Assembly (NCBI GenBank): GCA_963805975.1
Contig: CAWDVR010000002.1
Location: 800,001 to 864,000 of the forward strand
Source of the DNA: an uncultured Acidobacteriota bacterium
GTDB lineage: Bacteria; Acidobacteriota; Thermoanaerobaculia; Multivoradales; SZUA-115
Length of the DNA stretch: 64,000 nucleotides
Reading direction: 5' to 3'
In this document: positions 19,780 to 29,875 of the stretch, piece by piece
How the letters are laid out: every line of letters begins with the position of its first letter
Numbering within the stretch: position 1 is the stretch's first letter
Program-made: the position numbers and the translations under genes
Notes under the pieces: model-generated
Database searches by the model: none
What the model was told of the DNA's origin: nothing
Seen by the model: the letters and a program-made list of their open reading frames with translations, nothing else

Positions 19780-21129
19780 ATGGACGACGCGACCCTCGAC
19801 TCGCTCTTTGCCGCCCTGGCGGCCACGCCGGGGAACCTCGAGCTGCGGCGCGTGCTGGCCCGTGCCCTGGCCGCGCGGGAGGAGCCGGCGCGGGCTCTCG
19901 AGCTGCTGACCGGCGACGATCCGCAGGCCCTGACCGCCGACGACCGCCTCCTCGCCGCCGACCTCGCGCTGGCGGCCGGCGACCCCGAGCGTGCCCTGGA
20001 GCATGCCGCGGGCAGCTCGCCCGAGGCGCTGATCCGGCAGGCGCGGGCGCTCGCCGCCCTCGGGCGCCAGCCGCAGGGCCGTGCGGCCTACGACCAGGCC
20101 GTGGCCGCCAACCCGGCGCTCGAAAGCCTGGATCTGAAGCAGCGTCTCGGCGCCACGGTGCGCACCTTCCCCAGGGTCGCGGAGCGCGGGCGCCCGCGCC
20201 TGGCCGTGATCTCGAACGACGACACGGACGCGAGCGAGGTCAAGCGCCTGCTGGTCCCCGAGGTGGAGCGCGTCTCCTTCGCCGACGTCGGCGGCCTCGA
20301 CGAGATCAAGAAGCAAATCCACAAGCGCATCATCCTGCCGTTCCAGAAGCCCTCTCTCTTCGCGCGCTTCAAGCGGCGGGCAGGCGGCGGCATCCTGCTC
20401 TACGGGCCGCCGGGCTGCGGCAAGACCCTCCTCGCCCGCGCCACGGCCGGCGAGTGCGGCGCCGCCTTCTTCAGCGTGGCGATCAACGACATCCTCGACA
20501 TGTACATCGGCGAGTCGGAACGGAAGCTCCATGCTCTCTTCGAGCAGGCGCGGGAGAAGGCGCCCTCGGTGCTCTTCTTCGACGAGCTCGAGGCGCTGGG
20601 CGGCCGGCGCGAGCACACCCGCGAGTCCACCTCCTCGAAGCTCGTCAGCCAGTTCCTGACCGAGATGGACGGCTTCGCCCAGGGCAACCACGGCGTGCTG
20701 ATCCTGGCTGCCACCAACGTGCCGTGGGCCATCGACCCGGCCTTCCGCCGGCCGGGGCGCTTCGACCGCGTGCTCTTCGTGCCGCCGCCCGACCGGCCGG
20801 CGCGCGCCGCCATCCTCGAGCTGCTCCTCGCCGGGCGGCCCACCGCCGGCGCGCTCGACACCGGGAGCCTCGCCGCGGCGACCCCCGGTTTCTCCGGTGC
20901 CGACCTGGGCAACCTGGTCGAGACGGCGAGCGACGAGGCGATCGAGGCCAGCCTCGAGCGCGGCAGCGAGGTGCCGATCGGCCCCGAGCACCTGAAGGCG
21001 GCGCGCGCCGAGGTCAAGCCGACCACTCTCGAATGGCTGACCACGGCGCGCAACTACGCCCGCTACGCCAACGAGGGCGGCCAGTACGACGAGGTGCTGG
21101 AGTTCCTGAAGACCCACGGGAAGAGCTGA
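19780..21129 (+). CDS. AAA+ ATPase with N-terminal TPR-like helices
   Basis: FADVGGL, GPPGCGKT, FFDELE, AATNVPW, SRH FRRPGRFD, GFSGADL. Confidence 0.9.
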   Translation: MDDATLDSLFAALAATPGNLELRRVLARALAAREEPARALELLTGDDPQALTADDRLLAADLALAAGDPERALEHAAGSSPEALIRQARALAALGRQPQGRAAYDQAVAANPALESLDLKQRLGATVRTFPRVAERGRPRLAVISNDDTDASEVKRLLVPEVERVSFADVGGLDEIKKQIHKRIILPFQKPSLFARFKRRAGGGILLYGPPGCGKTLLARATAGECGAAFFSVAINDILDMYIGESERKLHALFEQAREKAPSVLFFDELEALGGRREHTRESTSSKLVSQFLTEMDGFAQGNHGVLILAATNVPWAIDPAFRRPGRFDRVLFVPPPDRPARAAILELLLAGRPTAGALDTGSLAAATPGFSGADLGNLVETASDEAIEASLERGSEVPIGPEHLKAARAEVKPTTLEWLTTARNYARYANEGGQYDEVLEFLKTHGKS

Positions 21130-21605
21130 TGACGGCGGCGGGCTACCACATCGAGGACGAGCCGCGGCCCGGCCCCTGGCAGCACCTCGCGATGCAGCCG
21201 TTCTGGCCGCTCCTGGCGATGATGCTCGCCGGCTCGTGGCTCGGCCTGCCGTGGTTCGTGGTCAACGGCTTCGTGGTGGGGAGCCCCACCCGCTGGCGGG
21301 AGGCGGCGCTCGCCGGGGCCGGCCTCGCCGGCAGCGTGGCGCTGGTCGTGCTGCTCTCGGTGCTGGTCCAGACGGCGGCGCTCTCCGCCACCACGCTGCC
21401 TTACGCCGCGGTGGGAATCACCGTGTGGAAGCTCGCCGTGGGCTACGTCCTCTTCCTCTGGCAGCAGCGGAGCATCCACCTCTACGAGTACTTCGGTGGC
21501 ACCCTTGCCAACGGGCTGCCGGTTCTGCTCCTGGCCAGCATCGCCGGCGGTCGGCTGCTGTCCAAGGCCGTGACCCACCCTCTCTGGCGGATCGTCCTCT
21601 CGTGA
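21129..21605 (+). CDS. Hypothetical membrane protein (about 4-5 TM)
   Basis: ATG overlaps the upstream TGA (TGATG); MTAAGYHIEDEPRPGPWQHLAMQPFWPLLAMMLAG...; hydrophobic. Confidence 0.75.
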   Translation: MTAAGYHIEDEPRPGPWQHLAMQPFWPLLAMMLAGSWLGLPWFVVNGFVVGSPTRWREAALAGAGLAGSVALVVLLSVLVQTAALSATTLPYAAVGITVWKLAVGYVLFLWQQRSIHLYEYFGGTLANGLPVLLLASIAGGRLLSKAVTHPLWRIVLS

Positions 21606-21618
21606 GCGCCCACCGGCA

Positions 21619-22551
21619 ATGAACGGACGGGGTCTCGACCTCGAGCTGGCGCGCGCCCGCGAACAGATGCGCCAGGGCCAAGCGGACGCCGCGATCGAGT
21701 CGCTGCGCAAGGTGCTCTCCGCCGAGCCCGAGCACGCCGCGGCGCACGCGCTCCTCTCCTCGTGCCTGCTCGCCGACAAGCGGCTCCACGCCGCCCTCCA
21801 CGAGGCGCGCGCCGCCCTGCGGCTCGATCCGGTCCTGCCGGAGGCGCGCCTCGCCCTGGCGGCGAGCCTGCTCGCGAAGCGCGACCTGAAAGGCGCCGCC
21901 GCGGAGCTCGAGGAGCTGCGGCGGATCGCTCCGGCGAGCGACGCGCCCTACCGGATGCTCGCCGAGATCGAGAAGCTCAAGGCCAACCGCGCCGAGGTGA
22001 GACGGCTCCTCGAGCAGGCCCTGGCGCTCGACCCCGAAGATCCCGAGACCCTGGTCGAGCTGGGCGAGTGGCACCTCGAGCGCGGCGACGACGCCACGGC
22101 CCGCGCTCTGGCCCGCGAGGCGCTCTCGATCGTGCCCACCCTGCCCTCCGCGCTGGTGCTGATGGGACATTGCCTGCTGCGCCACGGCGAGGTCGAAGAA
22201 GCCCGCCAGCACGCCGTGTGGGCGCTCGCCCAGCGGCCCGACGACACCGCGGCGCTGGCGCTCCTCGCCGCCATCAAGGCGCGCGGCAACTGGTTCCTGG
22301 GCCTCTGGTGGCGATGGAGCGTGTGGATGGGAGACCTGGGCGACGGCCGCGCGCTCCTGGTGCTGTTCGGGGCTTATATTCTCTACCGCTTCGGCGTGGT
22401 GGCGCTGACGCAGAGCGAGGCGAAGGGACCCGCGGCGATCCTGCAGATCGCCTGGCTCTCCTTCTGCGTCTACACCTGGGTGGGGCCGGGCCTCTTTCGG
22501 CGTGCGCTCCGGAAAGATCTCGAGACGGTCGTGCTCAAGAAAGGTTTCTGA
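21619..22551 (+). CDS. TPR protein with C-terminal transmembrane helices
   Basis: Repeated ALxLDP TPR motifs; Trp-rich amphipathic segment and two TM helices at the C-terminus. Confidence 0.8.
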   Translation: MNGRGLDLELARAREQMRQGQADAAIESLRKVLSAEPEHAAAHALLSSCLLADKRLHAALHEARAALRLDPVLPEARLALAASLLAKRDLKGAAAELEELRRIAPASDAPYRMLAEIEKLKANRAEVRRLLEQALALDPEDPETLVELGEWHLERGDDATARALAREALSIVPTLPSALVLMGHCLLRHGEVEEARQHAVWALAQRPDDTAALALLAAIKARGNWFLGLWWRWSVWMGDLGDGRALLVLFGAYILYRFGVVALTQSEAKGPAAILQIAWLSFCVYTWVGPGLFRRALRKDLETVVLKKGF

Positions 22552-22559
22552 CTCCAACC

Positions 22560-24002
22560 ATGGAACGCCGCGCCAAGATCGTCGCCACCCTGGGGCCCGC
22601 GAGCTCCGAGCCCGCCATGGTCCGGCGCCTGCTCACCGCGGGGGTGGACGTGGTGCGGCTCAACCTCTCGCACGGCGACCAGGAGTCCCACCGCCGGCTG
22701 CTCGCCACGGTACGCGCCGAAGCCGCCGCGCTCGGCCGGCACGTGCCGGTGCTCGCCGACCTCATGGGGCCCCGCTACCGCCTGGGCACCATCGCCGGCG
22801 GGCCACGCCTGCTGAAGCGTGGCGAGCGCGTGACGCTCGGCGCCGGGCCCGGGAGCTTCGACCTGCCGGTGGACGACCGCCAGCTCGTGGCGCACCTGCG
22901 GGCCGGGGAAACGGTGCTGATCGACAACGGCCTGGTCGAGCTCGCGGTGGAGGCCAAGCGCGCCGGGAGGGTGACGGCGCGGGTCACGACGCCCGGCCTG
23001 GTCTCGACCCGCAAAGGCATCAACCTGCCGGACACCGAGCTGCCGTTCGTGATCTCGAAGAAGGACCGCTCGGACCTCGCCTTCGCGGTACGCGAGGGCG
23101 TGGACTACGTGGCCGCGAGCTACGTGGCCGGTGCCGCCGACTTGAAGGCCCTGCGCCGCGCGGCCGCGCGCTTCGGCGAGCCGCCGCCGCTGGTGGCCAA
23201 GCTCGAGCGCAAGGCGGCCATCGAACGGCTGGACGAGATCCTCGCCGAGACCGACGCGGTGATGGTGGCGCGCGGCGACCTGGGGGTCGAGGTGCCGCTC
23301 GACCAGGTGCCGGTGCTGCAGAAGCGCATCGTCGCCGCCAGCCGCCGGACGGGCCTGCCGGTGATCGTGGCCACGCAGATGCTCGAGTCGATGATGGAGC
23401 GCCCGCGCCCGACCCGCGCCGAGGCCACCGACGTGGCCAACGCCGTGCTCGAGGGCGCGGACGCGGTGATGCTCTCCGGCGAGACCGCGGCCGGCCGCTA
23501 CCCCGTCGAGGCGGTGAAGATGATGGCGCGCATCATCGAGCGCGCCGAGGCCTACCGCCGCGAGTTTCCGGAACGGATCACCCTGCGTCACGCCGCGGCC
23601 CCGACCCGTGGCGGTGCTCCCGACCCCCGGCAGGAGGCCGCCCGCGTGGTGTGTGCCACCGCGGCCCAGGCCGCGGACGAGCTGGGGGTCGCCTTCATCG
23701 TCGCCTTCAGCCAGGGAGGCTTCACCGCGCGCTCGATCGCCCGCTACCGGCCGACCGCACCGATCCGCGTCTTCACCACCGACGCCGCCGTGGCCCGCCA
23801 GGTGCAGCTCCTGTGGGGCATCCGGCCGCTGCTCATCGAGCGCGACGTGGACCACCTGGACGAGGTGGTCGAGGTGGTCGACCGCCAGTTGCGCCAGGCG
23901 CGGCTGGTCCGGGGCGGCGACTCGATCGTGCTCCTGATGGGTGACCCGATCCGCGAGCGCCCGCTCACCAACCTCATGCGCGTGCACCGCTTCGCCCCAT
24001 GA
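22560..24002 (+). CDS. pyk: Pyruvate kinase
   Basis: AKIVATLGPAS, RLNLSHG, VMVARGDLGVE, ATQMLESM, PTRAEATDVANAV, MLSGETA. Confidence 0.97.
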   Translation: MERRAKIVATLGPASSEPAMVRRLLTAGVDVVRLNLSHGDQESHRRLLATVRAEAAALGRHVPVLADLMGPRYRLGTIAGGPRLLKRGERVTLGAGPGSFDLPVDDRQLVAHLRAGETVLIDNGLVELAVEAKRAGRVTARVTTPGLVSTRKGINLPDTELPFVISKKDRSDLAFAVREGVDYVAASYVAGAADLKALRRAAARFGEPPPLVAKLERKAAIERLDEILAETDAVMVARGDLGVEVPLDQVPVLQKRIVAASRRTGLPVIVATQMLESMMERPRPTRAEATDVANAVLEGADAVMLSGETAAGRYPVEAVKMMARIIERAEAYRREFPERITLRHAAAPTRGGAPDPRQEAARVVCATAAQAADELGVAFIVAFSQGGFTARSIARYRPTAPIRVFTTDAAVARQVQLLWGIRPLLIERDVDHLDEVVEVVDRQLRQARLVRGGDSIVLLMGDPIRERPLTNLMRVHRFAP

Positions 24003-24712
24003 TCCCGCTGCGCGACCTCAACCGCAGCCGGACCTTCCCATGGGTGACGGTGGGGCTGATCGCCGTCAACGCCCTGCTCTTCCTCTACGAGCTGTCGCTC
24101 GGCGACCGGCTCGAGGGCTTCCTCTTCCAGGCGGCGTTCGTGCCCGCCAAGGCCTTCGCCTCCGGGCCCGGTGCCGGCCTCGACTTCGGCCTGGCGAGCG
24201 GCCTGCTGTCGATGTTCCTCCATGGCGGCTGGATGCACTTCCTCGGCAACATGCTCTTCCTGTGGATCTTCGGCGACAACGTGGAGGACCTGCTGGGCCG
24301 CTTCCGCTACCTGGTCTTCTACCTGCTCTGCGGCTACGCGGCGACCTTCGCCCACGCCTTCGCGAGCCCCGGCTCCACGGTGCCGGCGATCGGCGCCTCG
24401 GGCGCCATCGCAGGGGTGCTCGGCGCCTACCTGGTGCTCTTCCCCGGCGCCCGCGTCGTCACCCTGATCTTCCTCGGCTTCTTCAGCCAACTGGTGGAGC
24501 TTCCGGCGCTCCTCTACCTGGGCATCTGGTTCGTGATCCAGTTCTTCTCCGGCGTGGCCTCGGTCTCCTCGGACACCACGGCGGCCCAGGGCGGCGTCGC
24601 GTGGTTCGCGCACATCGGCGGCTTCGTGGCCGGGCCGATCCTGTACTTCCTCCTGGGCGGGCGCCGGCCGCCCCGCGACGCCTACCCGCCCCGGCGCTCG
24701 CCCTACTCCTGA
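23999..24712 (+). CDS. Rhomboid family intramembrane serine protease
   Basis: MIPLRD, SMFLHGGWMHFLGNMLFLWIFGDNVED, GASGA, AHIGGF. Confidence 0.95.
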   Translation: MIPLRDLNRSRTFPWVTVGLIAVNALLFLYELSLGDRLEGFLFQAAFVPAKAFASGPGAGLDFGLASGLLSMFLHGGWMHFLGNMLFLWIFGDNVEDLLGRFRYLVFYLLCGYAATFAHAFASPGSTVPAIGASGAIAGVLGAYLVLFPGARVVTLIFLGFFSQLVELPALLYLGIWFVIQFFSGVASVSSDTTAAQGGVAWFAHIGGFVAGPILYFLLGGRRPPRDAYPPRRSPYS

Positions 24713-26208
24713 TGCGGGGGCCCTGGCAGAGCTGGCGAGCCGCCGCCTTCGTTGTCCTGGGGCTCGGTGCGCTGGCCGCGCTCGACGGTTTCTGGATCGA
24801 GCCGCGGCTGCTTCTGCTCCGCGACGAGGTGGAGCTCGGGCTCGAGCACCCACCGTTTCGCATCCTCCACCTGAGCGACCTGCACGTGGGGCGCGAGACG
24901 CAGATCGAGCGCCGCCTGCTCGCCGCCGCCGCCGCCGAGCGCCCGGATTTGATTGCCATCACCGGCGACATGGTGGCCGACACTCACGACCTGCCCAGGC
25001 TCGCGGAGCACACGGTGGCCGCCGCCCGCGTGCTGGCCGAGCTGCGGGCCGTGGCCCCGGTGGTGGCGGTGCAGGGGCACAGCGAGTACTACGGGCCGGT
25101 GGTGGCGACCCTCGGGCGCTCGGGGCTCGCCTGGCTCTCGAACGAAGGCCGGCGCGCCGGCAGCGGCGCCGGTTTTCTGCTCCTGGGGCTCAACCAGCAG
25201 GTGGGCAGGGAGTCGACGAACCCCGGCTCCGAGCCGCCCTACAAGCCGCTCACCGTGGGCGGCGAGGCCGCCTTCGGCCGCGACGAGGAGGGCTGGGAGA
25301 ACGCCTACGACCACTACGACCCGGCGCCCGCGAGCCTGGTGGCGGACGGGGGGCCGCTCTCCTGGACCTCGTACACGCTGGACTGCGAGATCCGGCTGGG
25401 GGACGCCGAGGCGGAGGCCGGGGTCGCGGTGCTCAGCCGCTACGTGCTGGGGGAGGACCGGTTGCTCCAGATCCGCCGGCCCTCGCCCGAGGGCGGTCCG
25501 CCCACCACTTTCAGCCTGGTGCCCCACGGCACGGCGCTCACCGACGGTCAGACGGACACCGGCGTCGCCCCCGAGCCCGGACGCTGGTACCGGCTGAAGG
25601 TGGCGACCGAGGTGGAGACGGCCGAGAGCCGGGTGCGATTCAAGGCCTGGCCGGCGGACGAGGCCGAGCCCAAGGACTGGCAGGCGTGGGCCACCGACGC
25701 CTCTCCCGAGCGGCTCACCGCCGGCACCGTGGGCCTCTGGGCCCGGCAGGGGACCGCCGCCTTCCGCAACCTCATCGTGACCGCCGCGGACGGCACGGTG
25801 CTGCTCACCGAGTCGCTGACCGGCGGCACCCTCCCGGCCGGCTTTCGTGAGGGCGCCCGCGCCACGCGACTCGAGCTCGCCCTCGCCCGCTCGCCCAGGC
25901 CGCCGCCCGGCACGCCGGTCATCGTCCTCGCCCACACCCCCGGCCCGGTGCTCGAGGCCGCCCGCCTGGGTCTCGACGCCGTGCTCGCCGGCCACACCCA
26001 CGGCGGCCAGGTGCGCCTGCCCGGCCTGGCCCTCCTCACCCGCTCCACCATGGGCCTGCACTATGACCTGGGAGTCTTCGACTTCGCGGCGCCGAACCCA
26101 CGAGGCTGGACTCGTCTCTATTTGAATCCCGGCGTCGGCACCTCGAAGCTCGCAGTGCGCTTCTTCTGCCCGCCGCGGTACGCGGTGGTGGAGGTGGGGA
26201 GTCGCTGA
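24712..26208 (+). CDS. Metallophosphoesterase with inserted beta-sandwich domain
   Basis: N-terminal TM; LSDLH, TGD, QGHSE, LAHTP, AGHTHGGQ; insert of about 200 aa with Trp-rich strands (GRWYRLKV, GTVGLW, AAFRNL). Confidence 0.8.
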   Translation: MRGPWQSWRAAAFVVLGLGALAALDGFWIEPRLLLLRDEVELGLEHPPFRILHLSDLHVGRETQIERRLLAAAAAERPDLIAITGDMVADTHDLPRLAEHTVAAARVLAELRAVAPVVAVQGHSEYYGPVVATLGRSGLAWLSNEGRRAGSGAGFLLLGLNQQVGRESTNPGSEPPYKPLTVGGEAAFGRDEEGWENAYDHYDPAPASLVADGGPLSWTSYTLDCEIRLGDAEAEAGVAVLSRYVLGEDRLLQIRRPSPEGGPPTTFSLVPHGTALTDGQTDTGVAPEPGRWYRLKVATEVETAESRVRFKAWPADEAEPKDWQAWATDASPERLTAGTVGLWARQGTAAFRNLIVTAADGTVLLTESLTGGTLPAGFREGARATRLELALARSPRPPPGTPVIVLAHTPGPVLEAARLGLDAVLAGHTHGGQVRLPGLALLTRSTMGLHYDLGVFDFAAPNPRGWTRLYLNPGVGTSKLAVRFFCPPRYAVVEVGSR

Positions 26209-26265
26209 GCCGCGGTCTTGTGCACGGCTGGCCGCAGCCCTACGACGAAGGCAGCCAGCCCCGTC

Positions 26266-26535
26266 TCAGCCGCGGGTCCGGAACACCACCACGACCTCTT
26301 CGCCGCCCTCGGAATGGCGGCTGACGTCGCAGATCACGAACTGCTCCCGCAGCGAGCGCTCGCGGGCTGCCGGGGTCAGCCGCGGGTCGTCCGCGAACTG
26401 GATCTCCGTGACTCTCGTCTGCCCCCCGGAGAGCGGCACGATCTCGACGTGGATATGGGCCGGCAGCGTGCTCGCCGGGTAGCCGCCGGGCCGGATCGTC
26501 TTCACCTCGAAGCGCCCTCGCTCATCGGTGAGCTC
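26266..26535 (-). pseudogene. Intradiol ring-cleavage dioxygenase C-terminal fragment
   Basis: TDERGRFEVKTIRPGGYP....PAHIH....EIQFADDPRL; no N-terminal half or clear start between it and the MMPL stop. Confidence 0.6.
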
Positions 26536-26549
26536 AGCCGAGGATGCGG

Positions 26550-29123
26550 TCAACCGGCGGCAGGCGTGTGCCTCTTCACCCGGAGCGCCAGGTAAGCCGG
26601 CAACAGGGCCACCGCCACGATCAGCGTGGAGATGGCGCCGATCGTCGCCACGTAGCCCGTGCTGCGCAGGCCGGGGTAGTGCGAGACGGCGAGCGAGCCG
26701 AAACCGGCAATGGTGGTGAGCGCCGCCACCACCACGGCGTTGCCGGTCTCCGCGAGGCCGGCGGCGATGTCGCCGCCCTCGCTCTTGAGCTCGTTGTAGC
26801 GGTGCATCATGTGCAGGCCGTAGTCGACGCCGATCCCCAGGATCATGGTGGTGACGAAGACGTTCATGAAGTTCATCTGCAGCCCGAAGAGCACCATCCC
26901 GCCCAGCATCCACAGCACGCCCACCGCCAGCGGCACCTGGCAGAAGAGGGCCAGGCGCACGTCGCGGAAGTCCGCCCAGGAGAGCAGGAAGACCAGGAGG
27001 GTCCCCAGCAGCATGCCGATCCAGGCATCGCGCCGCACCCGGTCGCGCATGATCTGGCTCACCACGTTGGCGCCGGTGAGGATCGCGTCCGGGCCGACCT
27101 CGGCGGCCAGGGCATGGGCCTCGGGCGGCGCCTGGCGGCGCCAGCGCTCGCCCGGCTGGTAGAGCTTCACCACGCTCTGCCACTGGCCGTTCTTCTGGCG
27201 CAGCAGGCGGCCGACGAGCTGGCCGGCCTGGCCCTCGAGTCCGAGGTCCCCGAGGTGGATCGGCTGGCTCGGCGACAGCGACTTCGTCAGCAGATCGAGA
27301 CCATGCGCGAACGGCTCGGGCCGCAGGCCCTCGGCGGCGAGCGCGGTCTCGAAGTCGGTGCGGATCCGGGCCGGGTCCAGGCTTCCGTCCTGGCGGCCCG
27401 CCGTGAGCCAGGTGAGGGCCTGCTGCTGCTTGCTGGGCGCGGGCACGAGGGTGGTCAGGCTCGAGACGCCGGTGAGCACGCCGTCGGCCACCAGCTTCTT
27501 GGCCTTCGCCGTCGCGAGCTCCGTGCGCTCGAGGAGCGCGTCGAGGTCCGGCCCGGAGAACAGCAGCATCATGTAGTCGAACTCCGACTTGAAGTGCGCC
27601 TGCACCTCCTCCTCGACCTCGACCCCCTGGTTGCCCGCCGGCCGCATCTGACGCCAACTGTCCTGGAACTTGAGATTGAGAGCGAGCACGCCCGAGGCCA
27701 GGGTGATCACCGCGCCGGCGGCGAGCACGGCGCGCGGGTAGCGGAAGCAGAAGCGGATCAGCCGGCCGACGCCGAAGCTGTGCAGGTAGAGCTTGGGCTG
27801 CGTCAGCCGTTTCGAGTGGCGGGCCTCGCTCCAGCCCAGCATGGCCGGCAGCAGCACCAGCACCGCGGCGAGGCAGAACAGGATGCCGGTGCCGGTCAGG
27901 ATGCCCATCTGCCGCAGGCCGGTGAAGTCGGTGAAGGTGAAGGCGTAGAACGACGCCGCGGTGGTCAGCGCCCCGACCACGATGCCGCGCGCGCAGTAGG
28001 TCATCACCACGTCGAGCGCCTGGTCGAAGGTGCGCCCGCGGTTGCGCTCCTCGACGAAACGGCCGTAGGCCACGACCACGAAGTCCACCCCGAGCCCGGC
28101 CAGGAGCGCGGCCGTGCCGCTGGTGGCCGAGGAGAGGACGCCGAACACCAGCGAGGAGAAAGCGAAGGTCAGCGCCAGGCCCACGGTCAGGGGCAGGAAG
28201 GCGTAGATCATCGTCCCCAGGCGCCGGAAGGCGATCACGAAGACCACCAGCACCAGCGCCATCGAGGTGTAGCCGTTGAGCTGCATGTCCTCTTTGATCA
28301 GGCGCTCGTCGAACATCGCGGAGACGTGCGGCCCGCCGACCTTGACCAGCGGCGCCTCTTCGCGGCCGCCCATCGTCGGCCATTCGGCGGTGGTGGCGGT
28401 GATCGCCGCCTGCACCTTGGCGTAGAGCGCCTGGTCGAAGGCGATGTTCTGCGGCGGCTGGCGCGGCTTGGCGAGGACGAGCAGCAGGCGCTGGTCCTGC
28501 GACAGGTAGTAGCCGCTCATCCAGTCGACCGACATCGAGCCCTGGCCGCTCTCGATGCGGCCGATGAACATCTCGGCCAGCCCGGCCGGATCGAGCCGGA
28601 TCAGGTCGCGGAGGACGATCGACTGGGGCGTCGAGATCAACCGCCGGAGCTCGGCGGCACGACGGGAGAGGCCCTCGGTCGAGAGCTTCTTCGCCACCGC
28701 CGTGCGGTCCTCGTCGGAGACGAAGAGCATGGCCTGCGGCAGGAAACCCTCGATCAGCTTCTCGGGATCGTCGATCCGGTGCTCGACGGCCTCGATCTCG
28801 GGAATCTCGGCCAGCCGGGGAGCGAGCGCGTCGGCGAAGGCCTCGTAGGGATCGACCGCCGTGCCCTCGGGGATCGCCACCGTGATCAGCAGGTAGTCGA
28901 AGGTGCCGAAATCGGCCAGCGTCGAGATGTAGGCATTGAGCGCCGGGTCGTTCTTCGGCAGCAGGTTCAGGACGTCGGTGTCGAAGCGCAGGCGCGAGAT
29001 CAGCACGCCCGAGATCGCCAGCAGCACGGCCGTGACCAGGAAGACCTGGTAGTAGTGGCGCTGGGCGTAGCGCGCCAGACGCTGCATCAGGCCCCTTTCG
29101 GGGGCGGTGGGCGGCTCGTGCAA
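26550..29123 (-). CDS. MMPL/RND family lipid exporter
   Basis: Two repeats of TM + large periplasmic loop + 5 TM; GLGVDF and GIGVDY motifs; ALTTIAGFGSL. Confidence 0.9.
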   Translation of the reverse strand: MHEPPTAPERGLMQRLARYAQRHYYQVFLVTAVLLAISGVLISRLRFDTDVLNLLPKNDPALNAYISTLADFGTFDYLLITVAIPEGTAVDPYEAFADALAPRLAEIPEIEAVEHRIDDPEKLIEGFLPQAMLFVSDEDRTAVAKKLSTEGLSRRAAELRRLISTPQSIVLRDLIRLDPAGLAEMFIGRIESGQGSMSVDWMSGYYLSQDQRLLLVLAKPRQPPQNIAFDQALYAKVQAAITATTAEWPTMGGREEAPLVKVGGPHVSAMFDERLIKEDMQLNGYTSMALVLVVFVIAFRRLGTMIYAFLPLTVGLALTFAFSSLVFGVLSSATSGTAALLAGLGVDFVVVAYGRFVEERNRGRTFDQALDVVMTYCARGIVVGALTTAASFYAFTFTDFTGLRQMGILTGTGILFCLAAVLVLLPAMLGWSEARHSKRLTQPKLYLHSFGVGRLIRFCFRYPRAVLAAGAVITLASGVLALNLKFQDSWRQMRPAGNQGVEVEEEVQAHFKSEFDYMMLLFSGPDLDALLERTELATAKAKKLVADGVLTGVSSLTTLVPAPSKQQQALTWLTAGRQDGSLDPARIRTDFETALAAEGLRPEPFAHGLDLLTKSLSPSQPIHLGDLGLEGQAGQLVGRLLRQKNGQWQSVVKLYQPGERWRRQAPPEAHALAAEVGPDAILTGANVVSQIMRDRVRRDAWIGMLLGTLLVFLLSWADFRDVRLALFCQVPLAVGVLWMLGGMVLFGLQMNFMNVFVTTMILGIGVDYGLHMMHRYNELKSEGGDIAAGLAETGNAVVVAALTTIAGFGSLAVSHYPGLRSTGYVATIGAISTLIVAVALLPAYLALRVKRHTPAAG

Positions 29124-29147
29124 GGTGAGGGCTCTCCGGTTGGGCGG

Positions 29148-29807
29148 CTAGACCTTGCCACGGGCGGCGGCCGGGGCCTCGCTCCGGGCCGGGCTCTCGC
29201 CGTCGGGGGTCGCATGGCGCTCCGGCTCCCCGCCGAAGCGATGCTCGCCGTAGAGGATCAGGCGGCCGAAGCGGATGAAGTAATGGACGCCCGAGTACAT
29301 CGAGATGGCGAGCGCAACCCACAGGAAAACGGGCGCCACCCACACCGCCGGCGGCGCCAGGTCACGCAGCTCGAGCAGCTTGTCGTGAATGATGAGGAGC
29401 GAGATGGCGATCACGTGGACCACGGTCTTGACCTTGCCCCAGAAGCCGGCGGCGATGATGATGCCCTCGCTCGCCGCGAAGCTGCGCAGCGCCGAGACCG
29501 CGAACTCGCGGGCGATGATGGCGACCACCATCCAGGCCGGCGCGGTCGCCGGGTTGAGCTCTACCAGAGAGATGAAGGCGGCCGCCATCAGGATCTTGTC
29601 CGCCGCCGGATCGAGGAGCTTGCCGAGGCGGGTCTCCTGCTGGCGCCGGCGGGCGAGGAAGCCGTCGAGGAAGTCGGTGAGCGAGGCGACGAGGAAGAGA
29701 CCGAGCCCCCACCACTCCTTGTTCTCGAACTTGGTCAAGAGGACCACGACCAGGATCGGCACCAGGACGATGCGGCCGAGAGACAGGAGGTTGGGCAGGT
29801 TGAGCAT
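29148..29807 (-). CDS. pgsA: CDP-diacylglycerol--glycerol-3-phosphate 3-phosphatidyltransferase
   Basis: NLPNLLS..RI, TDFLDGFLARR....RLGKLLDPAADK, RE, GKVKT. Confidence 0.9.
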   Translation of the reverse strand: MLNLPNLLSLGRIVLVPILVVVLLTKFENKEWWGLGLFLVASLTDFLDGFLARRRQQETRLGKLLDPAADKILMAAAFISLVELNPATAPAWMVVAIIAREFAVSALRSFAASEGIIIAAGFWGKVKTVVHVIAISLLIIHDKLLELRDLAPPAVWVAPVFLWVALAISMYSGVHYFIRFGRLILYGEHRFGGEPERHATPDGESPARSEAPAAARGKV

Positions 29808-29875
29808 GCGCTTTGGGCGGCATCATCGCCTGGTGGCAACGATACCCCACCCCGCGAGCACCGGGATCGTCGACG

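Noticed and set aside
26550-29123. Hopanoid exporter HpnN assignment
   Set aside because: No hopanoid genes nearby; only family-level MMPL/RND evidence.
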